64,000 bases of DNA. Origin: Buchnera aphidicola (Nurudea yanoniella). Its GTDB lineage: Bacteria > Pseudomonadota > Gammaproteobacteria > Enterobacterales > Enterobacteriaceae. A program made the position numbers and the translations under genes. A model generated the notes under the pieces. The model had not been told where the DNA came from, did not search any database, and saw only the letters and a program-made list of their open reading frames with translations. Every line of letters starts with the position of its first letter. Position 1 is the first letter of the stretch. This document shows, one piece after another, positions 33,215 through 44,174 of the stretch. Location of the stretch: the NCBI GenBank assembly GCA_039829995.1, contig CP140036.1, forward strand, positions 290,239-354,238, written 5' to 3'.

Positions 33215-34177
33215 ATGATTAAAAAAATTGGTGTACTAACTAGTGGGGGGGATTCTCCAGGGATGAATGCAGCAATTAGAGGAGTAGTAAGAACTGCATT
33301 AAGAAAAAATTTAGAAATAATTGGAATATATGATGGATATCGAGGACTTTATGAAGATAGAATAACTATTTTAGATAGATTTAGTGTTTCTGATATGATT
33401 AATAGAGGAGGAACATTCCTTGGATCTGCTCGATTTCCTGATTTTGTTAAAAAAGAAATAAGATTAACTTCGATTCAAAATATGAAAAAACGTAATATAG
33501 ATGTTTTAGTAGTTATTGGGGGTGGGGGATCATATATAGGTGCAAAGAAATTAACAGACATGGGATTTCCTTGTATTAGCATACCAGGAACCATTGATAA
33601 TGATGTAGCAGGAACTGATTATACAATAGGATATTATACAGCATTAGAAACAGTAGTAGAAGCAATTGATAGGTTACGTGATACATCTTCTTCACATCAA
33701 AGAATTTCTATAGTAGAAGTTATGGGACGAAATTGTGGAGATTTAACATTGGCTGCTGCTATAGCAGGAGGTTGTGAGTTTATTGTACTTCCTGAAATTA
33801 AATATGTACGAAATGAGTTAATAAAAGAAATTAAAACAGGAATAAAAAAAGGGAAAAAACACGCAATAGTTGCAATTACTGAGTGCATTTGTGATGTTGA
33901 AAAACTTGCTAAATATATCCAGAAAGAAACACAAAGAGAAACCCGTGCAACAATTTTAGGACATATACAAAGAGGTGGAGCTCCAAGAGCATTTGATCGG
34001 ATATTGGCATCGAGAATGGGCGAATATGCTGTAGAACTGTTATTACAAGGATACCAAGGAAGATGCATAGGAATTAGAAATGAAAAAATAGTAAATCATG
34101 ATATTACAGATGCATTAAAAAATATGAAAAGACCCTTCAAATTCGATTGGCTAGTTACTGCAAAAAAATTATATTAA
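33215..34177 (+). CDS. pfkA: ATP-dependent 6-phosphofructokinase
   Basis: The ORF-track start at 33194 is a TTG. The ATG at 33215 gives [23 protein letters not shown], with the first 11 residues identical to E. coli PfkA. PGTIDND and MGRNCGD are present. Length is 320 aa, as in E. coli. Confidence 0.96.
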   Translation: MIKKIGVLTSGGDSPGMNAAIRGVVRTALRKNLEIIGIYDGYRGLYEDRITILDRFSVSDMINRGGTFLGSARFPDFVKKEIRLTSIQNMKKRNIDVLVVIGGGGSYIGAKKLTDMGFPCISIPGTIDNDVAGTDYTIGYYTALETVVEAIDRLRDTSSSHQRISIVEVMGRNCGDLTLAAAIAGGCEFIVLPEIKYVRNELIKEIKTGIKKGKKHAIVAITECICDVEKLAKYIQKETQRETRATILGHIQRGGAPRAFDRILASRMGEYAVELLLQGYQGRCIGIRNEKIVNHDITDALKNMKRPFKFDWLVTAKKLY

Positions 34178-34280
34178 TAAATAATATTAAATATGTTAAT
34201 GTGTAAATATATAAAATTTTATTATTTCGTATTATAAAGTATTAATTTGACATTTAATCCTATACCAAAGGAATCTAAAA

Positions 34281-35075
34281 ATGAGTAATGTAAATCAAAA
34301 AATTATATTACTAGTAGAATGTATTTCTGAATTTCTTGGTACAGGATTAATAGTTTTTTTTAATTCTAGCTATATTGCATTAATGCAATTAATATATAAA
34401 TCTGAAAATAGTTTATGGGAATTCAGTTGTATTTTAGGGATAAGTACATGTACTGCAATATATCTTAGTTCCTTTATATCTTCTAAAGTACATTTAAATC
34501 CCATTATTACTCTTTCGTTTTTCTTATTATTTAATTTTAAAAAAAATAAAATAATACCTTACATTATATCTCAAACATTAGGATCTTTCTTTTCTTCCGT
34601 TATAGTTTACGAATCATATTATGATATATTGATAAAATTTGAAAAACAAAATAAAATTTTAAGAGGTAGTATAGATAGTTTAAGTTTAGCTTCTATTTTC
34701 TCTTTTTTTCCAAATAAAAATATAGATATAAAAAATATTTTTGTAATAGAAACTATCATTACTTTTATATTTGTTTTAATTATTATTTTTCTTAAAAGTC
34801 AACAAAAGTTTTTTATCTCTAACAATATCCTTTCTCCTATATTGATAGGTACGTTGATATTTATACTAAATATTATAATTTCTCCCTTAACTGCTTTTAC
34901 TTTAAATCCTGCACAAGATATTGGATCTCGATTGTTTATTTATTTTTCAGGGTGGGGGAATATGGCATTTACAGGTGGAGTAGGTATAACTAGTTTTATT
35001 ATACCTATTCTTGGAACTATTTTTGGTACTATTATGTCTGTTTGCTTCTATAAATTTATTAAATTTAAAATTTAA
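34281..35075 (+). CDS. glpF: MIP-family glycerol facilitator with altered pore motifs
   Basis: 264 aa. ECISEFLGTGLIVFF aligns with E. coli GlpF QCIAEFLGTGLLIFF. The first NPA box reads NPI (34497-34505). The second box reads NPAQ instead of NPAR (34905-34916). Confidence 0.85.
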   Translation: MSNVNQKIILLVECISEFLGTGLIVFFNSSYIALMQLIYKSENSLWEFSCILGISTCTAIYLSSFISSKVHLNPIITLSFFLLFNFKKNKIIPYIISQTLGSFFSSVIVYESYYDILIKFEKQNKILRGSIDSLSLASIFSFFPNKNIDIKNIFVIETIITFIFVLIIIFLKSQQKFFISNNILSPILIGTLIFILNIIISPLTAFTLNPAQDIGSRLFIYFSGWGNMAFTGGVGITSFIIPILGTIFGTIMSVCFYKFIKFKI

Positions 35076-35084
35076 TTAAATACT

Positions 35085-35870
35085 TTAACAGTTTAAAAAT
35101 GATTTTTGATATTCTTTAGATACTATAGTTAATATTTTTAAAAAACAGTCAAGTAACAATGATGCTGATCCAACTAAAACTCCATCGATGCTAGAAATAT
35201 TACATATTTCTTGAATATTTTTTTCATTAACCGAACCGCCATATTGAATAAAAAATGAATTTTCATTTATATTTTGTTTATTTAAAATGTAAACTTTTAT
35301 AAAATCACATACTTCTTTTATGAAGTTAGAAGATGGTGTTTTTCCTGATCCAATAGCCCATACAGGTTCATAAGCAATAATTGTATTATTAAAAGCTTTT
35401 TCCCCTAATAAATGTATTATTTCATCAATTTGTTCTCGACATATTTTTTTAGCCATAAAAAGACTATGATCTTTTTCAGTTTCTCCAATACACAATATTG
35501 GAATTAATCCAGAGTTTTTAACTATTTTAAATTTTTCTGCAATTAATTGGTTATTTTCTTTATGATACAATCTTCTTTCAGAATGTCCTATTATAACAAA
35601 TTTTATATGAATATCATTTAACATATTAGCTGATATTTCTCCAGTAAAAGCACCGTAAGGATGTATATCAACGTTTTGTGCTCCGATTATAACTTTTGTG
35701 TCCATAACAATATTATATGCTGGATATAAATATACAAAAGGCAGAGCAATAATTAATTTTGAATATATTTCATGAGAATTAACAAAGTTAGCTATAGGTT
35801 TTAATACATCATTTAGCAATGCTATACTTCCATTTAATTTCCAATTAGCTACAATAATTTTTTTTTTCAT
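35085..35870 (-). CDS. tpiA: triosephosphate isomerase
   Basis: 261 aa with ANWKLNGS, IIGHSERR and YEPVWAIGSGKT. Confidence 0.96.
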   Translation of the reverse strand: MKKKIIVANWKLNGSIALLNDVLKPIANFVNSHEIYSKLIIALPFVYLYPAYNIVMDTKVIIGAQNVDIHPYGAFTGEISANMLNDIHIKFVIIGHSERRLYHKENNQLIAEKFKIVKNSGLIPILCIGETEKDHSLFMAKKICREQIDEIIHLLGEKAFNNTIIAYEPVWAIGSGKTPSSNFIKEVCDFIKVYILNKQNINENSFFIQYGGSVNEKNIQEICNISSIDGVLVGSASLLLDCFLKILTIVSKEYQKSFLNC

Positions 35871-36075
35871 TGTTAAAATTTACTCGAAATTGTAAATAAG
35901 TTACTTATTAAAAACATTTAAGCACATACCGTAGAATTAAATTATAAATTTTATCATTTAAAAATAAATTTCTCAAAACCTATTACTTATTCACACATTG
36001 ATAAAATTAAATTTTTATTTTTTTTTAAAAAAGTTAAGATAATACTTTTATTTTTTTTGATTTCAACGAAATATT

Positions 36076-37755
36076 TTACGTTTTAGCAGCTTTAAATGCC
36101 TCAGTCATAGCATTTGAAAAATTTTTATCATTTGTCTCTTGATTTTTTGGATCTACAATTTCTATTTTTTTTGAAAATTCAGGTAATATAGAAGATAAAC
36201 TAATTATTCTATTTTTTCTATCTATATTATTCAATTTTATATTTATTTTTGTCCCACATACAAAATGCGATGAAATTAAATCGCTATTAAATTGTGCATT
36301 ATTAGAAAGCTCTGCAAGTTTAATATATCCTTCAACAAACTCAGATAAACGAACAGTAATCATTTCGTTACTAATTTTTTTGACAATTCCAGAAACTACG
36401 TTCCCTTTTTTGTAATTAGAAACATATTTGACAAATGGATCTTCTTCTAATTGTTTAATTCCTAAAGAAATGCGTTCTCTTTCAGAATCTACCTGTAATA
36501 CTTTTGCCGAAATTTCATCACCTTTTTTATATTTTTTAACTGCTTCATTTCCTGATACAATCCAGGATATATCGGACAAATGAACTAATCCATCAATTCC
36601 TCCATGAAGTCCTATAAAAATTCCAAAATCGGTAATAGATTTTATTTTTCCTTGTACTATTTTCCCTTTGCTATTTTCTTTCGAAAATTCTTTCCATGGA
36701 TTAATTTTGCATTGTTTTATTCCTAAAGAAATTCGTCTTTTTTCTTCATCAATATCTAATACCATCACTTCAATTATAGCATTAACATTCACTACTTTTG
36801 ATGGATGAACGTTTTTATTAGTCCAATCCATTTCTGAAACATGCACTAAACCTTCTATTCCTTCTTCAATTTCAACAAAACATCCATAATCAGTTAAATT
36901 AGTTACTCTTCCTTTTAATTTAAAGCCTTCCGGATATTTTTTCGAAATCTCTTTCCATGGATCATCTCCTAATTGTTTTAATCCTAATGATACTCTTGTT
37001 TTTTCTCTATCGAATTTCAATATTTTAACTATAATTTCATCTCCTATATTGACTATTTCGCTGGGATGTTTTACTCTTTTCCATGCCATATCAGTAATGT
37101 GTAATAATCCATCCACTCCTCCTAAATCTACAAATGCTCCATAATCAGTAAGATTTTTTACAATTCCTTTCGCTTGCATACCTTCTTGTAAACTTTTTAA
37201 TAATAAATTACGCTCAATATTATATTCTGACTCTATAACTGCTCGACGTGATACAACTACATTATTGCGTTTTTTATCTAATTTAATAACTTTAAATTCT
37301 AATTCTTTTCCTTCTAAATGAGCAGTTTCTCTAATAGGACGAATATCCACTAATGATCCAGGTAAAAATGCTCGAATTTCATTTAATTCTACTGTAAAAC
37401 CCCCTTTTACTTTTCCATTTATTATTCCTATTACTGTTTTAGAATCTTTATACGATTCTTCTAATAATAACCATGCTTCATGTCGTTTAGCTTTTTCACG
37501 GGATAATATGGTTTCTCCAAATCCATCTTCAATAGCATCTAATGCTACATCTACTTTATCTCCTATTTGTATTTCTATATTTCCTTTAGAATTCTTAAAT
37601 TGTTCTATAGGAATATTGGATTCAGATTTTAATCCGGCATCAACTAACACTGTATCTTTTTTTATAGAAATTACAACACCTTGAATAATAGATCCAAGTT
37701 TCGTGTTAATTTTTTTTAAAGATTCTTCAAATAGTTGAGAAAACGATTCATTCAT
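36076..37755 (-). CDS. rpsA: 30S ribosomal protein S1
   Basis: 559 aa. [16 protein letters not shown] aligns with E. coli [16 protein letters not shown]. Six S1 repeats. No obvious Shine-Dalgarno sequence before the ATG, as for E. coli rpsA. Confidence 0.98.
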   Translation of the reverse strand: MNESFSQLFEESLKKINTKLGSIIQGVVISIKKDTVLVDAGLKSESNIPIEQFKNSKGNIEIQIGDKVDVALDAIEDGFGETILSREKAKRHEAWLLLEESYKDSKTVIGIINGKVKGGFTVELNEIRAFLPGSLVDIRPIRETAHLEGKELEFKVIKLDKKRNNVVVSRRAVIESEYNIERNLLLKSLQEGMQAKGIVKNLTDYGAFVDLGGVDGLLHITDMAWKRVKHPSEIVNIGDEIIVKILKFDREKTRVSLGLKQLGDDPWKEISKKYPEGFKLKGRVTNLTDYGCFVEIEEGIEGLVHVSEMDWTNKNVHPSKVVNVNAIIEVMVLDIDEEKRRISLGIKQCKINPWKEFSKENSKGKIVQGKIKSITDFGIFIGLHGGIDGLVHLSDISWIVSGNEAVKKYKKGDEISAKVLQVDSERERISLGIKQLEEDPFVKYVSNYKKGNVVSGIVKKISNEMITVRLSEFVEGYIKLAELSNNAQFNSDLISSHFVCGTKINIKLNNIDRKNRIISLSSILPEFSKKIEIVDPKNQETNDKNFSNAMTEAFKAAKT

Positions 37756-38505
37756 ATTAATAATCTTAAATTATAGTTAGAAACATCTATTTTTACATCA
37801 TGTAAAACAATGTTTTTTATATGTCCCATAATATTCATTATTATAGCTCGAGTTAAATGTTCAATACTTGGAAATTTCTAAATTTTTATGTAATTCTATA
37901 TATATATTATTTTTTTACAAGGTTTAATTAAACCTAAAATAACATAAAAAATAAAAATAAGACACAATCATCATTATTATAAAAACTATATTTTTTCTGT
38001 TTAAAGTAGTGTTACAAATTGATTTTTTCTTTGCAAAAATTTAAGAGATATTTAATTTTAGTTAAAAAATGTAGCATAAACTATTAAAAAAATTTTTGTC
38101 TCTTTAACAATTTAGTGTAAATATTACAAATTATATTTTATATATTTGTATTATTAAAATATTATTAATTCACATAAGTTTGATATGTATTTTATAGTCT
38201 ATAATTTTAAAAGTTACAAATTCTTTAAATTATTATTTTTAAGAATATTTAATTTAAAGTTTTTAGATACAATTTCAAATGTTTTATTTAAAAATTTTTT
38301 ATATTATGTTATTCCTAAGTTTTTAAATTTATATAAATAATATTAATTACAAATTTTTATAAAAAGCTTTAAAATATATTAATTTAAATTTTCTTATAAT
38401 TATTTCTTAAATAATTTATTTTTAACAGATTACAATAAATTTATCTAATATAATACACAAATATATTTTTACACGAATAAAAATATTAATAAAAAAAATA
38501 GTATT

Positions 38506-39786
38506 TTAAAAACTAATAAATTTCAACTCATCGAAATAATTTGGAAATGTTTTATTCACACAATCAGGATTTAATAAAGTAACCTTGACGTTAGATAACG
38601 CTATTAAAGAAAAACACATAGCCATCCTATGATCATTATAAGTATTAATTCTAGCATAACAAAATTTTTTTGGAGGAGAAATATGAATATAATCATTCCC
38701 CTCTTGTATTTTAGCACCTATTTTTTTTAGTTCTATAGACATTGCTGATAATCTATCAGTTTCTTTCACTCTCCAATTATAAATGTTTTTTATAACAGTA
38801 TCTCCTTTAGAAAATAAAGCTACTATAGCAATAGTCATTGCAGCATCCGGAATACGATTCAAATCTAAGTCAATACCACGTAATGTTCCTTTTCTACAAT
38901 AAATAAAATTTTTTCCTACAGTAACGAATGCTCCCATTTTTTTAAGTACTTTTGAAAATTCTGTATCTCCTTGAATACTGTTTGAACCAACTCCTGTAAC
39001 ACATACTGATCCCCCTTTAATTGCGGCTGATGCAAGAAAATAAGAAGCAGATGATGCATCTCCTTCAATCAAATAATTACCTGGGGATTGATATCTTTGA
39101 TTTCCTTTAATATAAAAGAAATTATAAGAATCATTTATAATATTTACTTTAAATTTTTTGATCAATTTAAGAGTCATGTCGATATAAGGTTGAGAAACTA
39201 ATTTTCCTTTTATTGTTATTTTAGAATCTAATTTAGCTAATGGAGATGCAATCAGTAAAGCTGTTAAAAATTGGCTAGAAATAGATCCATCAACAGTTAT
39301 TTCTCCTCCGGAAAATCCTCCTCGTATATAAATTGGAAGATAATTTTTAACTGCGGAATATTGAATATTTGCTCCTCCTTGTTTTAACGCATCAACTAAA
39401 TGTTTTATAGGTCTCTTTTTCATTTGAGAATCACCAGTTAATAATACATTATTATTATTTAGAGATAATACTGCTGTCAAAAATCTTACAGCTGTTCCAG
39501 CATTTCCTAAAAAAAGAGAAATTTCTTTGTTTGCATACAATGGGTCAGATCTTCCTTGAATTTCACACACAGTATTGTTTTTAGATAAAACAAAATTTAT
39601 ACCAAAAATTTTTAATGCATTTAACATATATTTAGTATCGTCACTGAACAATAAATTATGTATATTGGTAATTCCATCTGACATAGAAGATAACAATAAT
39701 ACCCTATTAGAAATACTTTTTGAACCCGGCAATTGTACTGTTCCATCAACCAATGAAATTGGATCTAATGTTAAAGTTTTTTCCAT
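38506..39786 (-). CDS. aroA: 3-phosphoshikimate 1-carboxyvinyltransferase (EPSP synthase)
   Basis: 426 aa. [28 protein letters not shown] aligns with the E. coli AroA N-terminus. Confidence 0.96.
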   Translation of the reverse strand: MEKTLTLDPISLVDGTVQLPGSKSISNRVLLLSSMSDGITNIHNLLFSDDTKYMLNALKIFGINFVLSKNNTVCEIQGRSDPLYANKEISLFLGNAGTAVRFLTAVLSLNNNNVLLTGDSQMKKRPIKHLVDALKQGGANIQYSAVKNYLPIYIRGGFSGGEITVDGSISSQFLTALLIASPLAKLDSKITIKGKLVSQPYIDMTLKLIKKFKVNIINDSYNFFYIKGNQRYQSPGNYLIEGDASSASYFLASAAIKGGSVCVTGVGSNSIQGDTEFSKVLKKMGAFVTVGKNFIYCRKGTLRGIDLDLNRIPDAAMTIAIVALFSKGDTVIKNIYNWRVKETDRLSAMSIELKKIGAKIQEGNDYIHISPPKKFCYARINTYNDHRMAMCFSLIALSNVKVTLLNPDCVNKTFPNYFDELKFISF

Positions 39787-39869
39787 TATTAATTTCTCTA
39801 AAATAATTGTTCAAATAAACTTAATAGTATAATTTAAAATTTAATAATATTTATTGTATAAAATATAGT

Positions 39870-40964
39870 TTATTTATATTTTTCCTCAAAAATTTTCATA
39901 AATTTTATTAATTTATTTACACCCGCTACAGGCATAGAATTGTAAATAGATGCACGTAAACCTCCAATAGCACTATGGCCTTTCAAAAAATGCAATCCAA
40001 AATTATAAGATTTTTCTAAAAATAGTGAATGAAGATGTTCATCTCTAATCTTAAATACAACATTCATATAAGAACGATTACGATTGGAAATATTATTAAT
40101 ATAAAAATTAGTACTATCTATCATGTTATATAATAACATTGCCTTTTTTTTATTTAATTTTTCCATTGTTTTTAACCCACCTAATTTTTTTATCCATTTT
40201 AAAACTAAATCTGACACATATAAAGAAAATGTAGTGGGTGTATTAAACATAGAATTGTTTTGAGACATTGTTGTATAATTTAAAATAGAAGGACATATAT
40301 CTTTAGATTTTCCTAATAAGTCTTGATGTATTATAACTATAGTAACTCCAGATGGACCTATATTTTTTTGTGCACTAGCATAAATAACACCATATTTTTC
40401 AATATTTATAACTCGAGAAAATAGAGTCGATGAAAAATCTCCTACTACAATAATATTATCATTAAAATTTGGTTCTTCATGTATAGCAATGCCTTCAATA
40501 GTTTCATTAGGACAATAATGAAGATATGCGTTTTTAGAATTGATTTCCCAATCATTCATAGGAAAAATGTAATCTTTGCAATTTATCTTGTTTTTTATAT
40601 TAATAATGTTAGGAACGCAATATTTTTTACTTTCTTCTAATGCTTTATATGACCAATATCCACTATGAGCATAATCTGCATATTTATTATTTCCTAGCAG
40701 ATTCATTGGAATAGCAGAAAATTGTCCTCTCGCCCCGCCATGGCAAAACAATACTTGATAATGTTTTGGAATATTTAATAAATTGCGCAGATTAAATTCT
40801 AATCTTTCTAAAATTAACAAAAATTCTTTAGATCTATGGCTAATTTCTATTATTGATTTTCCATGATGTTTCCAATTTCCGAATTCTAATTGTATTACTT
40901 TTAATACTTCTTTTGGCAACATGGAAGGACCTGCACTAAAGTTATAAACTGTATTTTTTTCCAT
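39870..40964 (-). CDS. serC: phosphoserine aminotransferase
   Basis: 364 aa. YNFSAGPSMLPKEVL aligns with E. coli FNFSSGPAMLPAEVL. It lies upstream of aroA, as in the E. coli serC-aroA operon. Confidence 0.95.
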   Translation of the reverse strand: MEKNTVYNFSAGPSMLPKEVLKVIQLEFGNWKHHGKSIIEISHRSKEFLLILERLEFNLRNLLNIPKHYQVLFCHGGARGQFSAIPMNLLGNNKYADYAHSGYWSYKALEESKKYCVPNIINIKNKINCKDYIFPMNDWEINSKNAYLHYCPNETIEGIAIHEEPNFNDNIIVVGDFSSTLFSRVINIEKYGVIYASAQKNIGPSGVTIVIIHQDLLGKSKDICPSILNYTTMSQNNSMFNTPTTFSLYVSDLVLKWIKKLGGLKTMEKLNKKKAMLLYNMIDSTNFYINNISNRNRSYMNVVFKIRDEHLHSLFLEKSYNFGLHFLKGHSAIGGLRASIYNSMPVAGVNKLIKFMKIFEEKYK

Positions 40965-41045
40965 ATATTTTTATCAATCTCTGCAAAAAAGTTAATATTT
41001 AATTAATCGAATTGAAATACAAATATTAATTTTTAAAAGATTATT

Positions 41046-42338
41046 TTATAAGAATTTTAAACCTCTCATATAATTATCTCGTAAAATTTTAGGTATCTTG
41101 ACTCGCCCATCAGATTGTTGATAATTTTCTAAAATTGAAGCTAACGTTCGTCCAATTGCCAATCCTGATCCATTAATTGTATGTATGAAATAATTTCTAT
41201 GATCCGATTTTGATCGAAATTTAGCTTGTATACGACGTGATTGAAAATCTAACATATTCGAACAAGATGATACTTCACAATAAGAATTTTTTGATGGAAA
41301 CCATACTTCTAAATCATAAGTTTTAGCAGAAGAAAAACTTGTATCACCTGAACATAATAATACCTTTCTATATGGTAATTCTAATAACATTAAAATTTTT
41401 TCTGCATGAGAAGTTAGTTCTTCTAATTTTTCCATAGAACTATTAGGATGAACTATTTGAACAATTTCAACTTTTTCAAATTGATGCATTCTAATCAAAC
41501 CTTTAGTATCACGTCCATATGAAGAAGATTCTGCACGAAAACAAGGAGTATTAGCAACTAGCATTATAGGTAATTGTTTTTCTTCTAAAATACAATTTCG
41601 AAATAAGTTAGTTAAGGGAACTTCTGCTGTGGGTATGAGGACATAACTACTACTGTTAGTAGTATGAGATAAATCTTGAGTATAAAATAAATCCATACTA
41701 AATTTCGGGAGTTGCCCCGTTCCATATAAACTATCTTTAAAAACTAAATATGGAACATAAGTTTCTAAATATTTATGTTGTACAGTATGTATATCCATCA
41801 TGAATTGCCCTAATGCACGATGTAATAAAGCAATGTTTCCTTTCATTACAGCAAATCTAGAACCCGATATTTTAGCAGAAGATTTCCAATCAAAACCGTT
41901 AAGTTGATTTCCTAATTCGACGTGATCTTTTGTTTTAAAAGAAAAATTATGAATAGTTCCCCAGTTACTTATTTCTTTATTGTCTTTACTATTATATCCA
42001 ATAGGAACAGAATTATCAGGAATATTAGGAATATGACTTAAAAATAAATTGATATCTTTTAATAAATCGTATAATTTTTTTTTCACTAACAACAATTTTT
42101 CAGAAATCATACGTGATTCGTTTTTTAAGTTAGAACAATTTTTATTTTTTTTTTGTTGATCTCTTACAAGGTTTGAAATAACATTTCGCTTGAATTGCAA
42201 ATTTTCAGTTTCTTTTAATAAAAATTTTCTTCTTTTTTCTAGATGAATAAATTTTTTTATATCTAAAAAGAAACTTTTTTGTTCTAATTTTTGAGAAATA
42301 CGATTAATGTCGCTGCGTAATAGTTTAATATTTAACAT
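41046..42338 (-). CDS. serS: serine--tRNA ligase
   Basis: The ORF is open to 42449, but the first 37 codons are hydrophobic AT-rich read-through. The ATG at 42338 gives MLNIKLLRSDINRISQKL, matching E. coli MLDPNLLRNEPDAVAEKL, and a length of 430 aa as in E. coli. Motifs TAEVPLTN, FRAE and GSGLAIGRT are present. Confidence 0.95.
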   Translation of the reverse strand: MLNIKLLRSDINRISQKLEQKSFFLDIKKFIHLEKRRKFLLKETENLQFKRNVISNLVRDQQKKNKNCSNLKNESRMISEKLLLVKKKLYDLLKDINLFLSHIPNIPDNSVPIGYNSKDNKEISNWGTIHNFSFKTKDHVELGNQLNGFDWKSSAKISGSRFAVMKGNIALLHRALGQFMMDIHTVQHKYLETYVPYLVFKDSLYGTGQLPKFSMDLFYTQDLSHTTNSSSYVLIPTAEVPLTNLFRNCILEEKQLPIMLVANTPCFRAESSSYGRDTKGLIRMHQFEKVEIVQIVHPNSSMEKLEELTSHAEKILMLLELPYRKVLLCSGDTSFSSAKTYDLEVWFPSKNSYCEVSSCSNMLDFQSRRIQAKFRSKSDHRNYFIHTINGSGLAIGRTLASILENYQQSDGRVKIPKILRDNYMRGLKFL

Positions 42339-42778
42339 ATTATGAATAAGTTTTATAGTTTTATAAAAATTTATATTTAACTTTAATAATAAATCAAGAA
42401 CAAAAATACTAAAATAAAAAATAATATATATTTTAATTAACTTTTTCATTTTGTTTATATAATATTTTGTTTGTTATTTTTATATTCAAATTTGCTCAAA
42501 ACATAATTTGTTTAAAATATTTTAACTTATTTATAAGAAACAATTTTATAACTATTGTTTTCACAACTTTATGTGTTTAAATATTCCATTTTTATTAATG
42601 TAAATTGATATAATATTTTAGATTATATTTAGGTAATGTTTTTAAAAAATATTTTTAAAATTTTTCTTATTGTAAAACAATGTAGTATATTAAAAAATAA
42701 AAAGTCTTATTAAAAATATCTTTATGTTCTTCATTAAAAAACCCTAATCCTATTGATTAAAAAATAATATTACAGAAC

Positions 42779-42839
42779 GTATTATTTAATTATAAAAATT
42801 CTTTTGTATGATAAAATAATTTTTATAATTAAATAATAC
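42779..42839. repeat. perfect 22-bp inverted repeat with 17-nt spacer, 25 nt upstream of the trxB ATG
   Basis: Left arm GTATTATTTAATTATAAAAATT (42779-42800), spacer cttttgtatgataaaat, right arm AATTTTTATAATTAAATAATAC (42818-42839). I checked base by base that the arms are exact reverse complements. Confidence 0.85.
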
Positions 42840-42864
42840 ACATATAAAAACTTAAAAATTGAAA

Positions 42865-43845
42865 ATGAATAAAAATGTTGTTCAACACAAAAAATTGATT
42901 ATTATTGGATCTGGGCCAGCAGGATGTACCGCAGCTATTTATGCATCTCGTGCTAATCTTTCGCCTTTATTATTTACAGGAGCGAATCCGGGAGGACAAT
43001 TAATAAACACTAATTCAATTGAAAATTGGCCAGGAGATCCTCAAGTAATATCTGGAATAAAATTAATGAATAGAATGGAAAATCATGTAAAATTATTTAA
43101 TACTACAATAATTTCTGAAGCAATTATAAAAGTAAACTTCAAAAAAAATCCTTTCGAATTAGTGAGTGAATCCCATAAAAAATATACTTCTGATGCAATT
43201 ATAATTGCTACAGGAGCTCAAGAAAAATATTTAGGTTTATTATCAGAAAAAAAGTTTAAAGGAAAAGGTGTATCAACATGTGCTATTTGCGATGGATTTT
43301 TTTATAAAAATAAAAATGTTGCTGTTGTTGGAGGAGGAAATTCTGCTATTGAAGCGGCATTATACTTATCCAATATAGCACAAAAGGTATATTTAATTCA
43401 TCGAAAAAATTCTTTTCGTGCTGAAAAAATATTAGTTGAAAGATTACTAAAAAAAGCAAAAAATAATCGTATTATTTTATATCAAGAAAGCACAGTACAT
43501 GATATTTTAGGAGATAAAAAAGGTGTAACTGGAATTAATATTATATGTTGCAAAAAAATCAAAAAAATACAAGTATCAGGAATATTTATAACTATTGGGC
43601 ATAAACCAAATACAAAAATTTTTTTAAATCAACTTACTATGAAAAATGATTATATAGTGGTTGAATCTAATTTGAATGGAAATTTTACACAAACTAGTAT
43701 TCCTGGTATTTTCGCAGCAGGAGATGTTATAGATTATACTTATAAACAAGCAATTACCGCAGCTTCTAGTGGTTGTATGGCAGCATTAGACGCAGAAAAA
43801 TTCCTTGGTAAAATAGAAAATTTCACTTCATCTCATAAGCATTAA
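42865..43845 (+). CDS. trxB: thioredoxin reductase
   Basis: The ORF-track start at 42859 is a TTG; the ATG is at 42865. GSGPAG, the redox-active CAICDG and GGGNSA are present. Confidence 0.95.
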   Translation: MNKNVVQHKKLIIIGSGPAGCTAAIYASRANLSPLLFTGANPGGQLINTNSIENWPGDPQVISGIKLMNRMENHVKLFNTTIISEAIIKVNFKKNPFELVSESHKKYTSDAIIIATGAQEKYLGLLSEKKFKGKGVSTCAICDGFFYKNKNVAVVGGGNSAIEAALYLSNIAQKVYLIHRKNSFRAEKILVERLLKKAKNNRIILYQESTVHDILGDKKGVTGINIICCKKIKKIQVSGIFITIGHKPNTKIFLNQLTMKNDYIVVESNLNGNFTQTSIPGIFAAGDVIDYTYKQAITAASSGCMAALDAEKFLGKIENFTSSHKH

Positions 43846-43906
43846 ATCATAACTATTTAAAAAATTTTGTAAACTTATATATTAAATGTCTAAAAGGATA
43901 ATAAAA

Positions 43907-44125
43907 ATGGTTAAAGAAAATAATATTGAAATGCAAGGAACAGTAATTGATACACTTCCTAATACTATGTTTCGTGTAGAATTAGATAATAAACATGTTG
44001 TAATCGCGCATATTTCTGGAAAAATGCGAAAAAATTATATTCGAATTTTAACAGGAGATAAAGTAACGTTAGAATTAACTCCTTATGACTTAAGTAAGGG
44101 AAGAATTATATTTAGAAGTAGATAA
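43907..44125 (+). CDS. infA: translation initiation factor IF-1
   Basis: The ATG at 43907 (AAAAGGA upstream) gives a 72-aa protein [28 protein letters not shown], nearly identical to E. coli IF1. The ORF-track start at 43886 adds 7 unsupported residues. Confidence 0.96.
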   Translation: MVKENNIEMQGTVIDTLPNTMFRVELDNKHVVIAHISGKMRKNYIRILTGDKVTLELTPYDLSKGRIIFRSR

Positions 44126-44174
44126 TTTTTTAAAGTTGAAATTTTAAAATATTCTAAAATGTAGGATTAATAAT

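Noticed and set aside
37752-37877. 41-codon minus-strand frame ([41 protein letters not shown]) ending in a TGA that overlaps the rpsA ATG. I considered it a C-terminal relic of cmk (E. coli ...LSIEQVIEKALQYA...).
   Set aside because: The similarity rests on an S-I-E tripeptide plus hydrophobic residues only. There is no start codon with a Shine-Dalgarno sequence. The elevated G+C is equally explained by an rpsA leader or promoter. I keep it only as a note within the spacer finding.
42339-42449. N-terminal extensions offered by the ORF track: serS +37 aa, trpD +17, fldA +8, bioD +5, pfkA +7, infA +7, tsaB +11, flgB +17, rlmN +11, znuC +3, trxB +2.
   Set aside because: Alignment with E. coli orthologs places the start at the internal ATG in each case. 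Most of the extended starts are TTG codons in AT-rich leader sequence.
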